IMG/VR virus record: IMGVR_UViG_3300020159_001932
Span: 1 to 64,000 of that record
DNA length: 64,000 nucleotides
Strand: one strand, 5' to 3'
Source of the DNA: a virus
In this document: in pieces, positions 46,302-55,900 of the stretch
Numbering within the stretch: position 1 is the stretch's first letter
Layout of the letters: each line of letters begins with the position of its first letter
Notes under the pieces: generated by a model
Told to the model about the DNA's origin: nothing
What the model saw: the letters and a program-made list of their open reading frames with translations, nothing else
The model's database searches: none
Position numbers and translations under genes: made by a program

Positions 46302-47549
46302 TTATATTCCGTATCGTCCTCTAATTCCATTAAAATTTTGTAAAACTTGCGATGAACTTAATGCAGAACTGTAAATCTTTGCAGAAAAAATCCTTCCAGG
46401 ATAATATGAATAATTTGCTTCGCCTCCACCATCTACTTGAGGCAATGATAATCCTATGTTTAACCCTGGTGTTAATGAAGGATTATATTCTTGTGTTGCA
46501 GCAGTAGTTGATCCGTGAAGTATACCATTAACATATAATTGTATAGCATTACTAGAATAATTATTAACCATAACAAACTGATATGTAGTGTTTAATGCCA
46601 TGTTAAATCCGGGGGTGTTACGATATGCATCTGCACCTCTTAGATATCCATACATTGTACAAGCATTTCCTGAACTATTACCATACCAATACAATGCTGC
46701 TCCTGCATAATAACTTGCACCAAATAATACTCCACACCTTGTTGCGTTGTTATATCCATTAGGAGGACTAACTGCTGTAGGCCAGGCTGTTATCCTTGTC
46801 CATACTTCATACGACCAATTGCTTAACGCAGGAGTTGTTGATATTGGCATGGTAGTTGTCATGTTGTCATCAACTCCGTCGAATACCAGACCGCCATTAT
46901 TTGAAACGTCATAGGTAGGACCAGTATTGTTTAAGGTGCCATTCCTTTTTCCAACAATGTCAGACCACCTAGTTCCATTTACGTTAGGCTGTGAGTTAAA
47001 CGTGGTCCTGGCAGAATTTCTTTCTAGTTGGAGTCCATCAACCCACATTGTTACTCCAGTATTGTAGTTGTCAATCCTTGCCTGAACAAATGCAGTGGTA
47101 CCTTGTGTCATTGTGTATGACCCTGATACTCTAGTCCAACTTGTGGTTACGTTATAAAATACCTGTCCAAGCGTTGTATAATTACCTGATGAGTTTGCTT
47201 CAAATATCATCAAAGATGCAGTGTGTGCAGTTGCACCTTTGACCCAAAAACTAAAAGTCCATGTTTGGCCCGAAGCGGCAGGTGCAAGATTCCATGTTGA
47301 CGAGTTGTATGTACCTGTATAAGCACTAGATCCGCTGGTCACTATTTTTAAAGGAATGCCTCCTGCTGGACTATCTGTAACAGAACTATCTCTGGTCAGA
47401 GTCATCTGATACCCGCCGCCGGGACTGGCCCATGCAAATGCATCTGTGGGTTGAGGGAATACATTGGCACTATAGCTTTTAATATTAGCAGCATCAAAAC
47501 ATGCTAATAAATTTGAATTTATTATTGGCGGCATGCTATGGATACTCAT
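46302..47549 (-). CDS. LamG-like lectin protein with inserted carbohydrate-binding-like domain
   Basis: FDAAN.KSY; insert TFSFWVK..W.RVS..DGLQLE; FDGVDD, YVNG, IYS.ALS..V.QNFN..RGRYG. Confidence 0.8.
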   Translation of the reverse strand: MSIHSMPPIINSNLLACFDAANIKSYSANVFPQPTDAFAWASPGGGYQMTLTRDSSVTDSPAGGIPLKIVTSGSSAYTGTYNSSTWNLAPAASGQTWTFSFWVKGATAHTASLMIFEANSSGNYTTLGQVFYNVTTSWTRVSGSYTMTQGTTAFVQARIDNYNTGVTMWVDGLQLERNSARTTFNSQPNVNGTRWSDIVGKRNGTLNNTGPTYDVSNNGGLVFDGVDDNMTTTMPISTTPALSNWSYEVWTRITAWPTAVSPPNGYNNATRCGVLFGASYYAGAALYWYGNSSGNACTMYGYLRGADAYRNTPGFNMALNTTYQFVMVNNYSSNAIQLYVNGILHGSTTAATQEYNPSLTPGLNIGLSLPQVDGGGEANYSYYPGRIFSAKIYSSALSSSQVLQNFNGIRGRYGI

Positions 47550-49054
47550 ATTCCGTACCTCGACCGTTGTAAATTAAATCCTTGCAATACTTCTGCATCT
47601 GTTAATTGTACATTATGACATTTTACACTAGGAATTCTTCCATTAAAGTAATAGCCTGGAGTACTGTATCCTATTTGTAAACTGGTAATGTTTTGCAGAG
47701 TTGCGCCGCCGGTCATGGTATAGGTAGTTGTCTTGACTCCGTCAGTCCATATATCATATTGCGAGCCATTCCAATTGAATACAGTGTTATGCCAACCGGC
47801 TGCTACATAGTCTCTGTTATAGGTACCAGCATATACGGATGCAGTTCCTGTCCAAATTTGTATAGCTTCGTTGGTCATACTACCAGTCCATGCACCTAGG
47901 TTAACTCCGCAAGGATAGGCATTATTAAACTGAACCATTGTTTGATAGCCTGCACTTGGCCCACCAATTGGGGTGTCGTTGTTTGGTATAGCGTTATTGT
48001 TGTAATACCAGATATTTAAACAATATAAATCAAAGGCAGAATTGGGCGTAGCTGTGATATAATTACTAATTCCGTTGAAACTAAAATTTCCATCAACTCC
48101 GTAGGTCAAGCTATTTGCAGTAATAGAACTGCGATTCATTAAATCTGTTAATACACCTGTTGTAGATCTTGTTGACTCGGTATACTCTGTAGGAGTGCTA
48201 CCTGTTGTAAACATAATTTCAGAAAGATCCCAAGAATAAGGAGTTGCTGTATTTGCAAACCAATATGAAATGCAGGTGCCGTATGAAGGAGTAAATGTCA
48301 TGTAAACTTTTTGCCACTCGGCAGTTAATGTAAAATTAAAACTATAGCCTGCGGCTGAGCCGCCGGTGTAGTTATAAATTTGATAACTAATACTTTGTCC
48401 TACTCCTGTAGGAGTTGCTGCTTTTACATAAAAACTTACAGTGTGAGCTACTCCTGGAGTTACAGTTGTGTCCACTCCGTACGACATTCCGTCAGCTACT
48501 CCGTCTCTTCTAATATAGTGCAGTCTTATACAATCATGCACTCTATCTTTATTTCTAAATCCATTTCTTATAATTTCTTTTACAAGTCCAGAATTAGGTA
48601 GGTGCGGAGGTCCCCACCACATGGTAGGAAAACTTGTTGCATTTATAGATACCTGCGTGTTGTTATTAAATGAATCGTAGACTGAGAATCCCGATGATCC
48701 GTCCTGTGAAGAATTATAAGAATGTAGACTAAATGAGTTACTACTTAATTTTTTAACTAGATAATTTGTTCCAGCAGTTACGCCGCCACCTGATGTTTGA
48801 GGTGTAACAACATCATAGCTACGTAAAGGATGACCGGCTGCTGTTACAACAACATTGCCGGTTACACTACTTATTGATCCTATGCTAAAATATGTATTAC
48901 TATTGTATTGATTGGTGTTGTACGTACCCCACCCATTTCCTGTACTAGGGTAAGCATTTGTTGTTCCGCCTGGTAGTAAATTTGTCACAGGGGCGCCCTT
49001 ATACGATTTTATGTTATACATATCATAATAAAAGACTAATCCCTTTGTGGACAT
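47546..49054 (-). CDS. LamG-like lectin protein with inserted domains
   Basis: GLVFYYD start at TAATG-overlapping ATG 49054; WHN.VF.W, FNG.I, EV.Q.FN..RSRYG. Confidence 0.8.
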   Translation of the reverse strand: MSTKGLVFYYDMYNIKSYKGAPVTNLLPGGTTNAYPSTGNGWGTYNTNQYNSNTYFSIGSISSVTGNVVVTAAGHPLRSYDVVTPQTSGGGVTAGTNYLVKKLSSNSFSLHSYNSSQDGSSGFSVYDSFNNNTQVSINATSFPTMWWGPPHLPNSGLVKEIIRNGFRNKDRVHDCIRLHYIRRDGVADGMSYGVDTTVTPGVAHTVSFYVKAATPTGVGQSISYQIYNYTGGSAAGYSFNFTLTAEWQKVYMTFTPSYGTCISYWFANTATPYSWDLSEIMFTTGSTPTEYTESTRSTTGVLTDLMNRSSITANSLTYGVDGNFSFNGISNYITATPNSAFDLYCLNIWYYNNNAIPNNDTPIGGPSAGYQTMVQFNNAYPCGVNLGAWTGSMTNEAIQIWTGTASVYAGTYNRDYVAAGWHNTVFNWNGSQYDIWTDGVKTTTYTMTGGATLQNITSLQIGYSTPGYYFNGRIPSVKCHNVQLTDAEVLQGFNLQRSRYGI

Positions 49055-49749
49055 TATAATCCGAACCTTCCTTTGCAAGCATTGTAATTTTGTAATACCT
49101 GTGTTGCGGTGAACATGGTAGAATATGTTCTTGCAATAGCAATTCCTCCTGTATCAACAATACCTGAATAACCGTTGCCTATCATAATTGCATTGGCTCG
49201 AGGAGGATAAATGGTTGCTCGTTGGGTATAATAACCCGATGCAACCCCGTTGAGATACCATTGACCAGACCCTAAATAAGGATATAACACTAATACACAA
49301 TGATTCCATGCATTGTTATTTAATGCACCTGAGCTTCCGTAATCATAATCGAGGTATGCCCGATAATTACTTATATCGTTGGCAACTTCCCAGGTCATGG
49401 CAATTTCTTGTTCGTAACTTTGGTATGTGTTGCCATTTTTTTCAAACACAGTTTTTCTGGCCGATTTGGTTTGATTATATAGCCACAGCTCAATGGTTGC
49501 GCCCTGTCGATAATCTGTTGTTTGGGCCTTGGCAACTGTACTAGTCCAATACATACTACCATTAAACCCAAAACATCTAGCGTTGCCGTAGGTTGTAAAA
49601 TTAACAGTTCCGGTAGCGGTTAAATCAATTTTATTAGCAGATAGGTCATACCATACTGTGCCACTGCCGGGATAACTTTGTATGTCAGCAGCATCTACAC
49701 AAAAATTTAAACCATCTGTGACGATGGCAGGTCCGTTAAAATAAGACAT
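49054..49749 (-). CDS. LamG-like lectin protein
   Basis: GLNFCVDAA..SYPGSGTVWYDLS; WNH.V, YLNG, QNYNA.KGRFG. Confidence 0.8.
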   Translation of the reverse strand: MSYFNGPAIVTDGLNFCVDAADIQSYPGSGTVWYDLSANKIDLTATGTVNFTTYGNARCFGFNGSMYWTSTVAKAQTTDYRQGATIELWLYNQTKSARKTVFEKNGNTYQSYEQEIAMTWEVANDISNYRAYLDYDYGSSGALNNNAWNHCVLVLYPYLGSGQWYLNGVASGYYTQRATIYPPRANAIMIGNGYSGIVDTGGIAIARTYSTMFTATQVLQNYNACKGRFGL

Positions 49750-49750
49750 T

Positions 49751-49993
49751 TTACCACCGCCCTTCTGGACATGTTTGAAATTCTTTAATTTGAGAAAATA
49801 AAATTATTTGATTATTTTTTGAACAATAAAAATTATTATCTTTTACAACATGTGTTTCTAAGTTACCATCTGCTGTAACATATGTTACTTCTTTTTCATC
49901 TAATATAGAAAAATTTTCGCATGTTCTACATATAAAAATAATATTGTTTTTTGTTGCCGCCGGCTTCTCAATCATTTCAATATCATTAATCAT
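49751..49993 (-). CDS. Small Cys-rich protein
   Basis: ICRTC...C...CPEGRW; paralog-like to 45969..46283. Confidence 0.65.
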   Translation of the reverse strand: MINDIEMIEKPAATKNNIIFICRTCENFSILDEKEVTYVTADGNLETHVVKDNNFYCSKNNQIILFSQIKEFQTCPEGRW

Positions 49994-49994
49994 T

Positions 49995-52900
49995 TTATTT
50001 TCTGTTTTTAAGTTGGTACAGCTCGTCTTTTAATAAATCAATCGATTTCTGCTGTTCTTTAATTGCCTCAATTAATAAAGGAACCAGCTTTTCGTATTGA
50101 ATAGTTTTATAGTTTTCTCCGCTCTTACTGTTGCCACTTTCGTCTTGGTCAAAAGGTGCAGGACGAGTTGCCTCTGGTAAAACTGCTTCAACTTCGTCGG
50201 CAAATAAACCAACTAGTTTAACATTTTTATCGTATCCATAACTTGCAGCAAGATCGTTAGGACTATAAGTAATACCATTTAATGATAACACTTTTGTAAC
50301 AGCATTGTCAATTACCTGTACATTTTCTTTTAGTCTTCGATCTGAGTAGTAGGCTGTAACCTCATTAGTAGCACGAATTTCTCCAATTGTTCCACTGCCG
50401 CTTGTTCCAACACCTAGAGATAAAATGTAGGTACTGGTCCAGACTGACAAGCCGCTGCCAGAAACGGCAGTACCTGTGCTAATTGTAACTTGTCCATTAT
50501 ACTGTGCAAGTTTAACAAGACCTGTATCTAATACTTCAATACTAGGAATACCAGAAACGTCGTTGGCACTGAATATTGTTCCAGTAAATGTATCGCTGAT
50601 ACTGAATAATTGGCCAGCCGTACCTGCAACTTCAAATTTATTAACTGTAGAAGTAGTACCGATGCAAACGTTGCCTCCGTTTGGATTTAATGCAAGCCTA
50701 TAATTTGTTGAATAATCAGAAGACTGTCTTGACTGAATCCAACTATATGGGTCTCCAAATCCTATGTCAAGGCTACCGCCACCTGCTGTTTGAGAGAATC
50801 TTGCTATACCGTTTTGACTACTGCCCGACGTTAATGGTCCTCCAAATGTTCCTTTAACTTCTAGTTTATTTACTGGACCAGTAGTTCCGATACCAACGTG
50901 ACTTGTTCCTACAATATTAAAGACATCATCGACACTGTGTAGTCCCATTGACACTCTATTACTGGTACTACCTGTGCCTGCTTTATAGAAATAGAATTGA
51001 CCCATGTTATAAGAACTATCAGCAGTTCCTACAGCCATCATAATATGGTCGCCGTTGCTCATTCCACTGTTCAACAATCGAACACCACGCTGGAATGTAC
51101 CTGTTCCAGTAGCTGTTAGGTCTAGTAAAGGTGCAGAGCTAGAATTTGAACCGCTAACACTTAACTTACCACTTTGTGCGTTGATTGTAAAACTACTTGT
51201 GGTGTAAACTAATTCACCTGTGGCTGTTGCATTGTTACTGTCAACAAAAGTTGGAAAGTACACAGCATTAGACGTTTGCGCCACAGTGTTGACCTGTGTA
51301 GCAGTGGTTGCTGATCCTGCACCTAGTCCACTTACTGTGACCCAGGTGGGTGCAGAGCCTGTTCCGTTGGTTTGCAAAACTTGTCCAGCAGTGCCCGCTG
51401 AAACAAATGCAGTTGCTCCTGCACTGCTTTGATACGGTACTGCCATTGCAGAGCCGCCACGTAAATTAGTAGATACTACAGAATCTTGTACATAGATACT
51501 GCTGGTACTAGTGTATACCGGACTTGCTGCGCCGGCCGACACTAGCAGTTGACCTGCTGTGCCAGGACCTACAAATCCTGTGGCACTAGCACCTGTTTGT
51601 ACAGCTAACTGACCAATAGTTCCGCCACGTAAGTTAGTAGATACAACTGCGTTGGCTACATATATGTTGGCAGTGGTTGTCCAGGTAGGTGCTCCGTTAG
51701 TCGAGGCTTGCCAAAACTGACCAGTTGTTCCTGAACTGGCAAAGGATGTTACGCCCGGTGATGTTTGATAAGGAATTTGGAAAGGTGTACCACCTGCTAA
51801 GTTTGTAGCAGTAGTAGCACTACCAGATGCCAGTCCGCTCAATGCTGCCCAAGTTGGAGCACTACCATTACTTGTAAGAACAAACCCGTTGGTGCCGATA
51901 CCTAAGAAAGATGTATCGTTTGCACCTGACTGATAAGGAATACTACCTGCGGCACCGCCTGTTAGTTCATCTGCAAATCTTGCACTATTAACAAACATAC
52001 TACTTGTATTTGTCCAAGTAGGTGCTCCATTAGTTGTGGCTTGCCAGAACTGACCTGTTGTGCCTGAGTTAGCAAATGCAGTGGTACTAGGAGCACTCTG
52101 ATAAGGAATTTGCCAGGCTTGTCCACCTGCAATATTTTGAGAATAACCAAACAGTGATGTTGCTGTACTGGACCACTGGGGTGCTGTACCTGCTGAGTTT
52201 ACTGTCAAGAAATTTCCTGCAGAACCAACCGCTAGGAATGTTGTATCATTAGCGCCTGACTGATAGGGCAGGCCGCCTACGGCGCCACCTGTTAGTTCAT
52301 CTGCAAATCTTGAACTGTTAACATAGATGCTACTTGTATTTGTAAACACAGGACCGGTGCTAGTAGTTCCTGCACTCATTAACAATTGACCAGCGGTACC
52401 TGCTCCGAAGAAACTAGTTGCGCCGGCTGCTGTTTGGAAAGGAATTTGTCCTACTGTGCCAGCTGCCAGGTTAGTAGCGGTTGTTGCACTACCTGCACTT
52501 AATCCACTAATTGCTTGCCACACTGGTGCTGATCCGTTGCTGGTAAGAACAAATCCATTAGTACCAATTGCTAGGAATGTTGTATCATTGGCACCTGACT
52601 GATAAGGAATACTACCTGCGGCGCCACCTGTTAGTTCATCTGCAAATCTTGCACTATTAACATACATGCTACCTGTACCTATAAAGGCAGTTGTATTGGC
52701 TGCACTTTGGTAAACAAACTGACCTGCTGTTCCGCCTGCTAAATTCTGTGCGTAACCAAATAGTGATGTTCCTGTATTAGACCATTGAGGTGCATTACCT
52801 GCTGAGTTTACAGTCAAGAAATTTCCTGCAGATCCAACTGCTAGGAATGTTGTATCATTGGCACCCGACTGATAAGGCAGGCCGCCTGCGGCGCCACCTG

Positions 52901-55900
52901 TCAGTTCATCTGCAAATCTTGCACTGTTAACGTAGATACTACTTGTACTTGTAAACACAGGACCTGTTACACTGGCGCCTGCACTAACTAATAGTTGTCC
53001 TGCTGTACCCGGTCCTACAAAAGAAGTTGCAGCCGTTCCAGTTTGGAATACTAACTGTCCGGTAGTACCGCCGTTAAGATTCGTTGCATTGCCAACATTT
53101 AAAGAACTTTGTGAAGCCCATGATGGAGCAGATCCGCCCGTTCCAGTTATCAGCACACTTCCTATTGAGCCTTGGGCCAACATTGCTGTAACCCCGGTAG
53201 CTGATTGGTAAGGAATGGTACCTCCAGATCCGCCAGCAAGGTTAGTAGCTGTTGTGCTAATACCTGTAATGCTGGCATTAATTGTGCCTGCTACGTTGAT
53301 GTTTCCGGCAACATACAAATCTTGTCCAATTCCTACACCACCTAACACAGTTAGATCACCAGAAGTTGTGTTTCCACTATTAACTGCTCCACCAACTAGT
53401 TTAATTGCACCAGTTCTGAATGTACCAAAACTGGTTCCAGTGAAAACTCCACCACTTTCAACACCGTTATCAAACCATTCTAAATAACTGGTAGCATTGT
53501 CAAAGCCCAGGAATGCGTCTTTGTCAGTGGTCTTATAATAATGGAACATAAAACCAATGTCTTTGCCATCATCTAGAGTCCAAGTGTGGTTTCCTGGTCC
53601 AGATCCTCCAGGAGCATGTAGACTAATCAAGTTGTCTGTGTAGACAGTAGAACTAGAATATACAAATGTGTTGGTTCCTTGGAATACAACACTTCCCTGG
53701 AAAGTCGTATCGCCGGCTACAGTTAAATTTTTGTTGATCCATGCGCCACCGGCAACATACAACGAGTTGTCGGTGTTGGTACCTGTGCTGGAGTCGGTGT
53801 TGTTGACTGCCAGTCTGCCCGACAATGACATTAAGCCACTGGCAGCATTGATTCTAAACGAACTTGTGGTGTATACAAAGTTTGCTGATCGTGCAGCATT
53901 CAATGTACCAACCATTGTGGGATAATAGTTCTGATCTGTAGTCTGTCGAACAGTGTCGACTGTTACTGCCAATCCCACATACACACTTGCAGTGTTGATA
54001 AACACCGGTGCGCCGCCTGCACTCATCAGCAGTTGACCAGCTGTGCCTGTGCTTAAGAAACTTGTGGTGTTGTTTGCACTTTGAATAAGAATATTACCAG
54101 TGCCAGCACCAAGCAAGTTGGCAGCATAACCGACCTGCATACTTGCAGTACCAGTCCAGCTAGGAGCACCGTTAGTAGTTGCTTGTAAGAAGTTACCTGT
54201 TGTGGATGTGCTTATAAATCCTGTTGTACCTGGAGCAGTTTGATATACTAGTTGATTAGCAAGACCATTGGCAATATTAGTAGCAGTACCTGCTGCTAAA
54301 GTGGAGACTGCTTGCCAAGTTGCTGTTGTTGCGCCGGCAGTTAGTACAAACCCACTAGTACCTAATGGAACAAATGAAGTTGTTCCAGCTGCACTTTGAA
54401 TTGGAATACTCCCAACTCCGCCACCAGTTAGGTTATCTGCATATCGTGAACTGTTAACATAGATACTTGATGTATTAGTAAATGCAGGTGCACCGACTGC
54501 GGCCATTAATAGTTGACCAGGAGTACCAGTACTTAAAATACTTGTGGTGTTATTTGCACTTTCGTATAAAATACCACCTGTGCCAACACCTAATATGTTT
54601 GCAGCGTAGCCAACGCTAATACTTGAGGTATTGGTGAATATTGGTCTGCCGCCAGCGGCAACTAATAACTGTCCTGTTGTACCTGTACTTAAAAATTGTG
54701 TATCATTTGTTCCAACTTGAACAACGATATTACCTGTGCCTGCACCTGTTAACTCGTCTGCAAATCGTGAACTATTAACATAGATACTTGAAGTATTTGT
54801 AAATGCAGGCGCACCAACTGTGGCCATTAATAACTGACCCGGTGTTCCTGTGCTTAAGAAACTTGTAGTATTGGCAGCACTTTGATATAATAAACTTCCA
54901 TTGCCGCCACCTTTAATTGTTTCTGCTTGAACTGCATTGCCAACATACATAGTGCCGCTGGTTGTCCATGTAGGAGCACTGGTAAAGTTTGCCTGTAAAA
55001 AGTTGCCTGTGGTTGCTGTACTTACAAAACTTGTAGCACCGGGCGCCGATTGATAAACTAGTTGACCTGCTGTTCCACTAGCTAAATTAGTTGCTGTATT
55101 AATTGTTACACTGCCACCGATTGTACCAGCAAATGTACCGTAAATTGTGGTAGCAGTTAAAATTCCATTTACATATACTCCGCCTGATACTCCAAATTTT
55201 TCACCACTTACAGTTGGAGCAGCATTGGTGTAGCCGATTAATACAGAGGTTGTGCCTGAGCTAATTTGAAATGGGCTTGTTCCGTTTGCTTCGGTTACAT
55301 CGTCTTCTCTGATAATTCTAAATGTATCGTAGTAGTTGTCAAAACTCCAGCGATAAGTTCTGCCTCGTAGGACAAGTTGACCACCTTCACCAGCAGGATC
55401 TGTCATTGACTCAATACGACCGTTGACAGTTAATGCACTGCTTGTACTAATATATCCAATACCAACTTGTCGAGTTCCTGGATTAATTAAAAATGTACTA
55501 GTTGTGTAAACACTTTCTGGTACCGCGGTAGAATTGTTTGCATCAACAAATACAGGATAGTAACTTGCATTGGCTGTTTGTAAACTTGTTTCTACTTTTA
55601 CAGCATTGCCTACGTAAGCGGTACTAGTATTGCCTGCGTGTATAATTAAATTGCCACCGTAGGTTAATCCGCCTGTTCCAGCGCGGCCCAACGCTGTAGT
55701 ATCACTTGCACCAAAAACAATGTATGCATTGGCAGTATTTTGTTGTCCTGTTATTCTTAATGTATCAGATACATTAATGTCACCAATCCAAGCATCATCT
55801 CCTACTCTAAAGTTTGTGCCGTTTCCGTTGTTTGTTGCGTGAAAACTATTTCCTGTTACTAGTCCAGTACTCGGATTTACATAAACACTACTTGTTGTGT

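Noticed and set aside
51900-53000. Near-identical repeats in a fibre gene as a DGR template/variable repeat pair
   Set aside because: Both copies are in-frame coding, the differences are not adenine-specific and look mostly synonymous, and no reverse transcriptase is present in the window.
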